Source of the DNA: Sedimentisphaerales bacterium
GTDB taxonomy: Bacteria; Planctomycetota; Phycisphaerae; Sedimentisphaerales; SM23-30
Assembly (NCBI GenBank): GCA_963663965.2
Contig: CAXXFK010000020.1
Span: 96,001-160,000 of the forward strand
Length of the DNA stretch: 64,000 nt
Direction: 5' to 3'
The notes beneath the pieces were generated by a model that ran no database searches, was not told the DNA's origin, and saw only the letters and a list, made by a program, of their open reading frames with translations. Below, in pieces: positions 9,582-19,035 of this stretch; position 1 is the stretch's first letter; the number at the start of each line of letters is the position of its first letter. A program made the position numbers and the translations under genes.

Positions 9582-12026
9582 ATGTCAGCAAAAATCAAAT
9601 TGAAGTGTTTATGTCTTTTGTCAGTTATCATTATGGTGGGGGCATCACCGGGATGGGGGCATGACGGGGCGGTCGTACTGGAATGTGATGAGGTCGGCAC
9701 AGGAGGAGCCGGGGCATCTACTCGCGGGATCCAGTTTACCGTCAAAGGCAGTTTCGCCTCGATCGAGGTGCCACTGGCCGGCCAGGAAGCGGGCTATTAC
9801 CCGTTTAATGTCGAATTGCGCCGTTCATCCGGCTATATGACCAATCCATTGGCCTCGGTGCGGGTTGAAACCAATCTGAGCAAAACAACCTATGGTTATA
9901 CACCGATTCATATCGATTTTCCGCCGGTGAAAGTAACCGGAACCGAAACCTTTACGTTGAAATTCGTCGATATCGGCAGTAATTATTCGATGTATATCGC
10001 CTCGACAACTTTCGGTCAGATGCCGTGTCCGGATGCGTTGATTACCGATGAAAATAATGTTTACGACCCCACCCCCATCGCCTCGGCGGCCGGATTGCGC
10101 GTACTGGCCAGTCCATCCGGCTGTGATGATTGCCCCGGTGATATCAACGGCGATTATGTGGTGGATCTGAACGATTTTAAAATACTGACCGGGAACTGGC
10201 TGAATGTCTGTATTCCGGAACAGATGCCGCTGTTGGAAGTCTCCGCGACCTCGCTGCCCAGTGCGGTCATCCAGGGTTTGGCATTGCAGTTTAATATTCC
10301 GCTCAAATTGATTCAAAATGACAACGGGGTATTACGCTATACCAATCTGGACAAATTCCAGGTCGTGCCGACCATTGATCGGGGCATTGGTCAACCGGAT
10401 GAAGAGGGCATGGAAACGACACTGGAGAGTTTTGATTTTGAGAGTCTGACCGGCAGGGTATTAAGTGAGAAAACCGCCCTGGGGCTGGTCAGTAATGCTT
10501 TGCAAAAAGCAGGCGTCCCGTTTTCGGCAGGTCTGGAAGTAATTCCGACTGTTGACCATACCATGTTCGAGGCCGTCGGGGCTGATGGCAAGCTGATCAA
10601 GCAGGTGCCGCTGGATACCCAGGTGAATTATCAGTTCAAATTTGGCGCGATCCCGATCACCGGCCCGGGCGCCAAGATGAAATTTATCTTTGACGCCCAG
10701 GGCGAACTGGTGCATATGACATTGGGCTTACCGGCGGTTCAGACCGGCGGTTCGTATGATATCATGCCGCAGGCTCAGGCGGACGCGATGGCGCTGGAAG
10801 TCTACGGCTTTGTCCAGCCGGCCGATCCGGTAGCCGGTGAGCCGGCCATGAACCTGCCGGGGACGCCGAATCTGACCTCGAAGCTGGTTTATTGGGCACC
10901 GGCTGATGCGACCAACCTGGTATCGTTGTTGCCTCATTATCTCTATGGCGGAACGGTACCCAACCCACAAGGCGGGCCGGATATCATCCTGCGGAACATT
11001 TTACTACCGGCCTATCAGGCGCAAACTTCCGCGGTAGTGCCCAAGGTCCAACTGTTCGTGGACAATTTCCGCAATACGATTCATGCCGGCACGGAAACCT
11101 GGGGCGGTACGCCTCCTTACACCTATGCCTGGACCTCCAGCACAACCGATATTACTTATAAGACAGGCTCGAGTATTGATTATAAGGTTAATCCACGCGC
11201 AGGCATGCCCGATCCCACGGTTGAGACCGTCACAGTAGTCGTCACTGACGCGGCCGGTGTCAAGGTATCGGCCAGCAGAACGGTTGGCCTGCTGGCGATG
11301 GACCCGCCGGTTCTTGCCGATGAACCGATTCTGCCGGTGGGCGGGGTACTGGATGTCGGCACGGAGTGGGTCGGCCTGTCTCAGGGTCTGGGTGGTTCAT
11401 CGAGCAACGCGACCGGATTTGTCGCAACGCTGGGCAATGCCGGGGCCCATGTCCGGTATAACTGGGGCGATGAGAATGCCTGGGAGCGGGACTTTAAAGA
11501 TCCGGTTTATACCGGCGGTGATGATACCAACTGGATTGACAATGTGGACGCGGCATTTTATACCGGGCATGCCGATGGCACCGGTTTCACCTTCTCCAGC
11601 AATGTCAATGACGGCTTTTTGCACTATACCGAAGCCCGCTGGGGCAATTACGACCTGGAATGGCTGGTAATTGCGGCCTGTGGGCCTCTGCAATTAGAAT
11701 CCGGCGGCAAGCAGTGGTATCAGCGCTGGGGCCCGGCCTTTTATCGTTTGCACATTTTGTGCGGCTATCAGACTGGCAGTAGCGACAATACGGTAGAAGG
11801 CACCAAATACGCCAATTATCTGCTGTCGGGCCATACGGTTCGTCAGGCCTGGATTAAAACTGCCATAGAAGTTCAACCTTCCGATGTGCGTTATGGCGTG
11901 ATGGGCGTCATCGGGCCTGGCGGTCTCTGCAACTTTAACGACCATTACTGGGGCAAAGGCAGTGTCGGGGCGGATGTCTGGCCCGGTGACAAAATTGGTT
12001 ACTGGCTGGTACACGGACCGTGTTAA
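9582..12026 (+). CDS. Secreted protein with an internal dockerin-like motif and a C-terminal DUF6345-like domain
   Basis: Signal peptide; CPGDINGDYVVDLNDFKILTGNWL; C-terminal WGDENAWERDFKD...DNVDAAFYTGHADG...WLVIAACG. Confidence 0.75.
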   Translation: MSAKIKLKCLCLLSVIIMVGASPGWGHDGAVVLECDEVGTGGAGASTRGIQFTVKGSFASIEVPLAGQEAGYYPFNVELRRSSGYMTNPLASVRVETNLSKTTYGYTPIHIDFPPVKVTGTETFTLKFVDIGSNYSMYIASTTFGQMPCPDALITDENNVYDPTPIASAAGLRVLASPSGCDDCPGDINGDYVVDLNDFKILTGNWLNVCIPEQMPLLEVSATSLPSAVIQGLALQFNIPLKLIQNDNGVLRYTNLDKFQVVPTIDRGIGQPDEEGMETTLESFDFESLTGRVLSEKTALGLVSNALQKAGVPFSAGLEVIPTVDHTMFEAVGADGKLIKQVPLDTQVNYQFKFGAIPITGPGAKMKFIFDAQGELVHMTLGLPAVQTGGSYDIMPQAQADAMALEVYGFVQPADPVAGEPAMNLPGTPNLTSKLVYWAPADATNLVSLLPHYLYGGTVPNPQGGPDIILRNILLPAYQAQTSAVVPKVQLFVDNFRNTIHAGTETWGGTPPYTYAWTSSTTDITYKTGSSIDYKVNPRAGMPDPTVETVTVVVTDAAGVKVSASRTVGLLAMDPPVLADEPILPVGGVLDVGTEWVGLSQGLGGSSSNATGFVATLGNAGAHVRYNWGDENAWERDFKDPVYTGGDDTNWIDNVDAAFYTGHADGTGFTFSSNVNDGFLHYTEARWGNYDLEWLVIAACGPLQLESGGKQWYQRWGPAFYRLHILCGYQTGSSDNTVEGTKYANYLLSGHTVRQAWIKTAIEVQPSDVRYGVMGVIGPGGLCNFNDHYWGKGSVGADVWPGDKIGYWLVHGPC

Positions 12027-12075
12027 TCGTCTGGATCCATTTCTGATCTGGAAAGGATCCGCCCTTAAATACAAT

Positions 12076-12107
12076 CAGGCGCCTTTATCCGGGGCGCCTG
12101 TTTTTTT
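12076..12107 (+). terminator. Rho-independent terminator
   Basis: CAGGCGCC..GGCGCCTG stem followed by T7. Confidence 0.85.
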
Positions 12108-12136
12108 ATAAGTACTGAAAGGAAGATAGCTAGACA

Positions 12137-12853
12137 TCAGGATTCTTGCAAAACATCGATTTCGCGTTCACGCATCAGCTCGATGAACAGTTCGGGATCT
12201 TCACAGCGCCGGATTTCAGCGACAAATTCTGGACTGCGCAACATGCGGCATAACCGGGCCAGAACATGCAGGTGATGTTTATCATCCTGCGAGCAGGTCA
12301 TGAAGAACAGATCGGTGAGCTGGCCGCTGGGAGCGCCAAAAACGATACCGGACTGGGTGCGTCCAAAGACCAGGAAAGAGTCGGACATGATGTAAGGCTG
12401 CGGCCGCTGGGGGTGAGGCAGGGCAATGCCAAATTCCAGGGCGGTACTGCCGGCATCTTCGCGTTCGTGCAGTTCCTGATAAAGGGTTTCGGGATCCCAG
12501 AGGATTCCGGTGCGGCTGGCCAGCAGGGTCAGTTCTTTTAAGACACTGTTTTTGGTGCGGGCCGGCAGGCTGGTACAAACGCCTTCCATCATCAACATGC
12601 CGGTTATCAGCAAATCTTTGGGATCGACATCGCGATGTAAGGTAATACTGGCATCCATCACCGCCAGATGGGTGTGGTGCATGGTGCCAATTTCCCGCTG
12701 AAGCCAGGCAGTAATTTCGGCCCGGTTGAACCGGTAATCGCCGCCGATTCTCTGGCAGGGGATTTCGCCCCGTTCGGCCATCTTCTGGACGTGACGGAAG
12801 TCAAATCCCATAAATCGGGTCAATTCCTGAATTGTCATCTGGCTATAAGGCAT
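12137..12853 (-). CDS. PTS EIIA (Ntr/fructose-type) with N-terminal excisionase-like HTH
   Basis: MTIQEL...GEIPCQRIGGDYRFNRAEITAW HTH; EREDAGSTALEFGIALPHP phospho-His motif; HLHVLARL. Confidence 0.9.
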   Translation of the reverse strand: MPYSQMTIQELTRFMGFDFRHVQKMAERGEIPCQRIGGDYRFNRAEITAWLQREIGTMHHTHLAVMDASITLHRDVDPKDLLITGMLMMEGVCTSLPARTKNSVLKELTLLASRTGILWDPETLYQELHEREDAGSTALEFGIALPHPQRPQPYIMSDSFLVFGRTQSGIVFGAPSGQLTDLFFMTCSQDDKHHLHVLARLCRMLRSPEFVAEIRRCEDPELFIELMREREIDVLQES

Positions 12854-13207
12854 AATTAGGAAGGATCTCAAAGAGGGTTTTCTCTTCTCCGGCATTGCGA
12901 TAGAGGGAGAAGTATGGCACATCCTGTTAGCAAAATCCAGCAAAATTTATAACTACTTATATTTTATCGAATTAGAATTTTGAAGGCATTGGAACAAATT
13001 AGATTATTTGGTGTTCGGCCATTAATTCAAAATACATAATTGATTAATATTTAAAGAGTTATGAATAATTAGTCGATTGAAAGGATTATCGGAAGGATCG
13101 CGTTGTTTTTCCCATAAGTCCCATATTTGTAATAATTATGCGTTTTTTTACAAAGAAGGGTTTCCGATCAGGCTTTAATTCAGGTTCAATCCTGACTCGC
13201 AGGATTG

Positions 13208-13235
13208 TTGACATTTGACACAACTCCGTTAAGAT
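13208..13235 (+). promoter_or_regulatory. Putative sigma70 promoter of the fucosidase cluster
   Basis: TTGACA-16 nt-TAAGAT about 50 nt before ATG 13287. Confidence 0.5.
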
Positions 13236-13286
13236 GAAACCAAATATATTTTGATACCGTCAGAACAATTCTTGCCGGAGGTTTTT

Positions 13287-14471
13287 ATGTATCATCGCCG
13301 GGAGTTTTTTCAAATGGTTGCGGCAATGGGCGTGACTGCTTTGAATGCTAGTGGATCGTGGGCAGATATGACTGACGCCCAGGCCGTTCCATCGTATTTA
13401 AAAAAGTTTGCCGGTGATTATGCCGGCGACCCCCGCCGGGCGGCCCGGAACTGGTTTGCCCAGGCACATTTCGGACTTTTCATGCATTATGGGCTCTACA
13501 GCCAATTAGGGCGGGGCGAATGGGTTATGTATCAGGAAAAAATACCGGTCAGCGATTACAAAAAGCTGAAGGACACCTTCAAACCGGATAAATTTGACGC
13601 CGATTTCATTACCGATCTGGCCTGCGAAGCGGAAATGAGCTATGTCAATATCACCAGTCGGCATCATGACGGCTTTTGCCTGTTTGAGACGGCCACCAGC
13701 GATTATCACAGTGTCAACAGCCCGGCCAGGCGGGATCTGATCGGGGAACTGGCCGAACAATGTCAGAAAAAGGCGCTTGGATTGTTTTTGTATTATTCGC
13801 TGGGCGCCGACTGGCAACATCCTTATTTTTATCCGCGGAAGTTTAATGCTATTGTTCAACCGGCGTATCCCAAACCGGATCCATCGTATCGGTGGCAGAA
13901 AGATGAGGATTTTCAGATCTATCTGGAGTATGCCCATGGCCAGATCCGCGAACTGTTGACTCATTATGGCCCGATCGCCGGGATGTGGTTCGATCCTTAT
14001 GTCGGGTATTTTGGCCGGCCGGACCTGTTCAAGCTGGATGAGACATACGCCCTGGTCCGAAAATTACAGCCGCAAACCCTGATCAGTTTTAAACAGGGAG
14101 TCACCGGGACAGAAGATTTCGCGGCGCCGGAACGCAGCGGGCACTCGATGGAAGATACTATGAGAACCCGTTTTGGCGAGAAAGCCGCGGAACTCGCCCG
14201 CAAGGGTTGGGAAGGCAATCGGAACAAACACAACGAAATCTGCGATACGCTCCAACCCCGCGTCTGGGGCTATCGCAAAGACGCCCAGCATAAAAATGCC
14301 GATGAAGTCATCGCCCTGCTGGCGAACGCATTCAAACAAAATTGCAACCTGCTGCTCAATACCGGGCCATTGCCCGATGGTTCGATCGATCCAACCGACA
14401 CGGCCACATTACGGGAAGTCGGCCGAAGAATACACGCTGAGGGCTGGCCTGACACCAAGGAGTTATCATGA
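13287..14471 (+). CDS. Alpha-L-fucosidase (GH29) with Tat signal
   Basis: HRREFF twin-arginine motif; WFAQAHFGLFMHYGLYS, RHHDGFCLF, MWFD, NLLLNTGPLPDG. Confidence 0.93.
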   Translation: MYHRREFFQMVAAMGVTALNASGSWADMTDAQAVPSYLKKFAGDYAGDPRRAARNWFAQAHFGLFMHYGLYSQLGRGEWVMYQEKIPVSDYKKLKDTFKPDKFDADFITDLACEAEMSYVNITSRHHDGFCLFETATSDYHSVNSPARRDLIGELAEQCQKKALGLFLYYSLGADWQHPYFYPRKFNAIVQPAYPKPDPSYRWQKDEDFQIYLEYAHGQIRELLTHYGPIAGMWFDPYVGYFGRPDLFKLDETYALVRKLQPQTLISFKQGVTGTEDFAAPERSGHSMEDTMRTRFGEKAAELARKGWEGNRNKHNEICDTLQPRVWGYRKDAQHKNADEVIALLANAFKQNCNLLLNTGPLPDGSIDPTDTATLREVGRRIHAEGWPDTKELS

Positions 14472-15883
14472 AAATGATGCCGATACTTTCAGGGTTGTTG
14501 TTATCCGTGATGCTGATTATTCCGGCCGGTGCGTCAGTATCGGCGCCTGTCGATATGGCTCAACGAACTGAAGAACTTCAGCAACTGCGTTTTGGCATGT
14601 TCATCTGCTGGAGCTTCAGCACCTTCAGCGGCTATGAATGGTCGCCGGGGGTGGACGATATCCGCTTTTTTAATCCCACCGGGTTCGATCCGGATCAATG
14701 GTGCCGAGTGGCCAGTGACGCGGGGATGGGTTATGTCCTGTTTCTGACCAAGCATCATGATGGATTCTGTCTGTGGGACACCAAAACGACTGATCGTAAA
14801 GTTACCAACAGCCCACTGGGAATTGACGCGCTGGCGGAGGTAAAAAAATCCTGCGAGAAACACGGTTTGAAACTGGCTTTGTATTTTTCCGAGGGCGACT
14901 GGTCCTGGTCGGGCCGAAAAGACATCCATCAATCCATCGCACGCCCCGAAATTAAAAAAGCCCAGTTACAGGAATTATTAACCCGCTATGGACCGATCGA
15001 ATATATCTGGTTTGACCACGCAGTGGGGACGGGCGGCTTGTCCCACGGCGAAACGGCGGCTCTGGTCAAGTCGCTGCAACCGGGATGTTTTGTGGGTTTT
15101 AATCACGGCGATCAGACCGGCACCGATATCCGGATTGGTGAACGCGGGAAACCGGCGCCTCTTGAGAATACCTCAGCAGACGCGATCGGCAGCGAAAACC
15201 GTGCCTCTTTCATGCAAGGTCACCAGGGTTATCGACTGGCGGAATTCACCTATCCCATTTTAGAGGGTCAGGGGCGGGCTAAATTGCGGGGCGCCCAGTG
15301 GTTTTATTCACTGCCGGAAAATGATGAACAAGCGGTATCGGCAGAGAAAATTTACCTCGATTACCTGGGGGCGGTGCGGTACGGGAACATCTTTTCACTC
15401 GATATCGGGCCTGATCGCAATGGCCGGATTCGCGCCATCGATGTGGAACGACTGCGAAAAGTGGGCCGGTATATACGAGGTGAAGCCGCTCTGCCCCCGC
15501 TGCCGTTAGCGATCCGATCGATTAAGGCATCCAGTACCTGGAGCAGTGAATATGGCCCGGATAAAGCCATCGACGGCAATCGCCAGACGCGCTGGGGCGC
15601 GGCGGAAGGTGCGCGCTCGGGCCAGCTGGAGTTGGAATTGGAACAGGAGCAAACGATTGCCAGAATATTGATTGATGAAGGCAACTGGGGCCGGATTGAG
15701 CAGTACGTTATTCAGGCCAGCGTTGATAATGGATGGCAAACCATCTACCAGGGAACAACGATAGGAAATTCCTGTGAAATAACCCTGGATAAGCCGGTAA
15801 GTACCGACCGGTTACGGATTGATTTTTTGAAGGCCAATGAAGTTCCGACCATTTGTGAAGTGGAAGTTTATGAAACGAAATAA
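14468..15883 (+). CDS. Alpha-L-fucosidase (GH29) with C-terminal F5/8-type C (CBM32-like) domain
   Basis: FGMFICW, TKHHDGFCLW, YIWFD, LDIGPDRNG; ASSTW..KAIDGNRQTRW discoidin motif; ATGA overlap with the upstream gene. Confidence 0.92.
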   Translation: MKMMPILSGLLLSVMLIIPAGASVSAPVDMAQRTEELQQLRFGMFICWSFSTFSGYEWSPGVDDIRFFNPTGFDPDQWCRVASDAGMGYVLFLTKHHDGFCLWDTKTTDRKVTNSPLGIDALAEVKKSCEKHGLKLALYFSEGDWSWSGRKDIHQSIARPEIKKAQLQELLTRYGPIEYIWFDHAVGTGGLSHGETAALVKSLQPGCFVGFNHGDQTGTDIRIGERGKPAPLENTSADAIGSENRASFMQGHQGYRLAEFTYPILEGQGRAKLRGAQWFYSLPENDEQAVSAEKIYLDYLGAVRYGNIFSLDIGPDRNGRIRAIDVERLRKVGRYIRGEAALPPLPLAIRSIKASSTWSSEYGPDKAIDGNRQTRWGAAEGARSGQLELELEQEQTIARILIDEGNWGRIEQYVIQASVDNGWQTIYQGTTIGNSCEITLDKPVSTDRLRIDFLKANEVPTICEVEVYETK

Positions 15884-16568
15884 CTTGACTCTATCCTGCG
15901 AAGCGATCCGGAATTGTGACCAGACAGCCATTGAACGTTATCATATTCCCGGCGTGGTACTCATGGAAAATGCCGGGCGGGGCGCGGCGGAAGCGATCAT
16001 CGATTATCTGAAAGAATCTCCCAGCCAGGATCCACCCCGAGTGTTGATCGTGGCTGGAACCGGGAATAATGGCGGCGATGGTTTTGTGGTGGCGCGTCAA
16101 CTGGATTTACATGGAATCGAAAGCGAGATCCTGATTTGCGGGCCACGAGAAAAAGTTGGAGGCGACGCCCGAGTTAATCTTGACATTATCGAAGCGATGG
16201 GGTTGCCGGTTCGATTTTTCTGCGATGAATCCGATGAAGCATGGAATGCCATCATTGAGACAACCGCCGGTCAATGTGTGTTAATTGTGGACGCGATGCT
16301 GGGGACCGGATTAACTGGTCCGCCACGGGAACCATTCAGCACGACGATCCATGCGATCAATCGATTGGACAAGCCAGTGATTGCGCTGGACATACCATCT
16401 GGTCTTAATGGCGATACCGGTGAAGCATATGATCCGACAATCCGGGCAGACTTAACCCTTACCTTTGCCGCAATGAAAACCGGATTCGGACTGGGTGACG
16501 CCCATCAGTACGTGGGCGATATTTTTATACAACCCATTGGCATCCGTACGGATTACCTGGTGAAATAG
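15870..16568 (+). CDS. nnrE: NAD(P)H-hydrate epimerase (YjeF N-terminal domain only)
   Basis: LMENAGRG, GTGNNGGDGFVVAR, VDAMLGTG, ALDIPSGL. Confidence 0.93.
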   Translation: MKRNNLTLSCEAIRNCDQTAIERYHIPGVVLMENAGRGAAEAIIDYLKESPSQDPPRVLIVAGTGNNGGDGFVVARQLDLHGIESEILICGPREKVGGDARVNLDIIEAMGLPVRFFCDESDEAWNAIIETTAGQCVLIVDAMLGTGLTGPPREPFSTTIHAINRLDKPVIALDIPSGLNGDTGEAYDPTIRADLTLTFAAMKTGFGLGDAHQYVGDIFIQPIGIRTDYLVK

Positions 16569-16699
16569 TTATTCATCTATAAATATTGGTTTTCCGGTTG
16601 GTTTTGGAATTAAACCGGATTATGATGGGATGAAATGTATTTGTATTGATAACAGTTTATCGATGCAAGTATAAGCAAAACAAACCCCGGAGGCAAACA

Positions 16700-18463
16700 A
16701 TGTCAGTATCACGTCAGGTTTCTCTGCGAGTTGGTATCCTGGTCCTTTTTGTTTTTCTATGTCTTGTCGAATCGGAGGTCCAGGCTCAACGTCAACCATT
16801 GAACTTTCGCAAACTATCCAATGTCACCATCCCCATGTCGGATGGTGTGAACCTGTCAACCGATATCTATTTACCGAAAGAAGCCGGTCAGTATCCCGTT
16901 CTGCTCAGCCGTACTCCTTATGGCAAGGGCGGCGATTATAACGATGGTCACGCCAACTATTTCGTCAATCATGGCTATGCCGTAGTGATCCAGGATTGCC
17001 GTGGTAAGGGTCGGTCGCAAGGCGATTGGGAACCATTTGTGAATGAAGCAAAGGATGGATTCGAAACGCAGCAATGGCTATTGAAGCAGCCCTGGTGTAA
17101 CGGCAAGCTGGGCACCTTTGGCGGATCGTATGTGGGTTTTACCCAATGGGCCAGCGCGCCGAAAGCCGGTGATTATCTCAAGTGCCTAGTGCCAGTGGTG
17201 CCACTGATTGAACCTTATTACGACGGGGGATTTTATGATGGCGCGCTGCGGCTGGCGCTGGGCTTTGGCTGGGGAGCAGAAGTGTCGTATCGTCCCGGTG
17301 AAAAACGGGCCATGGATGGCTGGAATTATTCCGACTGGAACAAGGCGTATGGCACCTTGCCATTGAAAGAATGGGATAAAGGGATCGGAAAGGAAGTGCC
17401 CTACCTGCGTGAATGGATCCGGCATTACCGATATGACGATTACTGGAAACAGCGCGGCGTTTTACCTCAGATAAGCCAGATTAAATCGCCGGTTCTCCTT
17501 ATGGGCGGCTGGTACGATATTTTTGCCGAGACGGCACTGCGCCATATCGACACACTGCGCCAATCCACTCAGTCTCCCCCGGCTATTCATACGATCATGG
17601 GGCCCTGGGTCCACAATATGAATCAGAATGGCCGGGTAGGCGAAATCGAATTCGGGCGGGCTTCGGCAACCGATCTGCTGAAATTCCACCTTCAGTGGTA
17701 TGACCACTGGCTGAAAGATCAAAAGAATGTTGTAGAAGACTGGCCGGCCTACCGTTTGTTTGTCATGGGCCGAAACCGGTGGCGTGAGGAACAACAATGG
17801 CCTCCTGCCGGCGTATCATATACCAACTATTATCTGCACAGCAATGGGTCCGCCAATACGCTGTCTGGCGACGGGGCCTTATCCACGCAAATGCCTGAAA
17901 ACGAGCCGGTGGATCGATATGTGTATGATCCGGAGAATCCGGTTATCACCTTGGGCGGCAGCAATCTGGTCGGCTGTCCGGATGGGCCGCGCAATCAAAT
18001 CAGCGCGGAACAACGTGAGGATGTGCTGGTATACAGCAGTGAACCGCTGGAGACCGAACTGGAAGCCATCGGACCCATTAAAGTCATTCTTTACGCGGCC
18101 AGTGACGCGCTCGATACAGACTGGACCGCCAAGCTGGTAGATGTCTATCCTGATGGCCGGGCATTCAATCTATGTGATGGGATTATCCGGGCGCGTTTTC
18201 GTGACTTATCTGAACAGGAGCTGCTGCTGACGCCGGGACAGGTGGAAAAATATACCATCGATCTGGGCGTCACCAGTAACGCTTTTCTGAAAGGCCACCG
18301 AATACGACTGGAAATCTCCTCCAGTAATTTTCCCCGTTTCGATCGCAATCCTAACACGGGGCATCCTTTTGGACAGGATACCCAACTTAAAAAGGCCAAG
18401 CAGCAGGTTTATCACGGCAGGGTTTACGCATCCCATATTATTTTACCGGTTATTGCCAATTAA
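16700..18463 (+). CDS. CocE/NonD family hydrolase, exported
   Basis: IPMSDGV, RTPYGK, QDCRGKGRSQG, GGSYVG nucleophile, GGWYD, GPWVH, SSSNFPRFDRNPN. Confidence 0.95.
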   Translation: MSVSRQVSLRVGILVLFVFLCLVESEVQAQRQPLNFRKLSNVTIPMSDGVNLSTDIYLPKEAGQYPVLLSRTPYGKGGDYNDGHANYFVNHGYAVVIQDCRGKGRSQGDWEPFVNEAKDGFETQQWLLKQPWCNGKLGTFGGSYVGFTQWASAPKAGDYLKCLVPVVPLIEPYYDGGFYDGALRLALGFGWGAEVSYRPGEKRAMDGWNYSDWNKAYGTLPLKEWDKGIGKEVPYLREWIRHYRYDDYWKQRGVLPQISQIKSPVLLMGGWYDIFAETALRHIDTLRQSTQSPPAIHTIMGPWVHNMNQNGRVGEIEFGRASATDLLKFHLQWYDHWLKDQKNVVEDWPAYRLFVMGRNRWREEQQWPPAGVSYTNYYLHSNGSANTLSGDGALSTQMPENEPVDRYVYDPENPVITLGGSNLVGCPDGPRNQISAEQREDVLVYSSEPLETELEAIGPIKVILYAASDALDTDWTAKLVDVYPDGRAFNLCDGIIRARFRDLSEQELLLTPGQVEKYTIDLGVTSNAFLKGHRIRLEISSSNFPRFDRNPNTGHPFGQDTQLKKAKQQVYHGRVYASHIILPVIAN

Positions 18464-18494
18464 GTCATATTCAAAATCAGGAGTTTTACTAATT

Positions 18495-18905
18495 ATGACA
18501 ACGGAACAGATCTATGAATTTCTACAGACTAATCCAGTATGTTATCTAGCCACCGTCGAGGGCGATCAGCCTCGAGTGCGTGGTATGATGCTTTATAAGG
18601 CCGATCCGACCGGCCTGCTTTTCCATACCGGCAGTATGAAAGAACTCTGTCAACACATGAAGCTCAATCCAAAAGTTGAAGTCTGCTTTGCCAGCCAGGA
18701 TATGCAAGTGCGTATTGCCGGCATGGCAGAATTTGTTGATGATCTGGAATTGAAAAAGCAGATTGCCGAGGATCGCCCTTTTATGAAACCCTGGCTGGAA
18801 CAACACGGTTTTGATTTCTTAGCGGTATTTCGTGTCGTTAATTGTCAAGCCGCCGTCTGGACTATGACCACCAATCTGGAGCCAACTCACTACATATCTA
18901 TATAG
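18495..18905 (+). CDS. Pyridoxamine 5'-phosphate oxidase-like FMN-binding protein
   Basis: YLATVEGDQPRVR, NPKVEVCF, QVRIAG; AGGAG RBS. Confidence 0.88.
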   Translation: MTTEQIYEFLQTNPVCYLATVEGDQPRVRGMMLYKADPTGLLFHTGSMKELCQHMKLNPKVEVCFASQDMQVRIAGMAEFVDDLELKKQIAEDRPFMKPWLEQHGFDFLAVFRVVNCQAAVWTMTTNLEPTHYISI

Positions 18906-19035
18906 GCTTCCTGTCTCAGGATATGATCCAAATAAATACCCGGTGATCATTGCCATACGGATATCACGTTGATTTTGTAATATCTCAGCAATTTCCTGCG
19001 TTTAGAAAAATGATTCTAACTACAAGGAATTTCCT

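Noticed and set aside
13165..13210. TCAGG-TTCAAT-CCTGA resembling a tRNA T-arm
   Set aside because: The loop is 6 nt, and no acceptor stem, D-arm or anticodon arm can be built around it.
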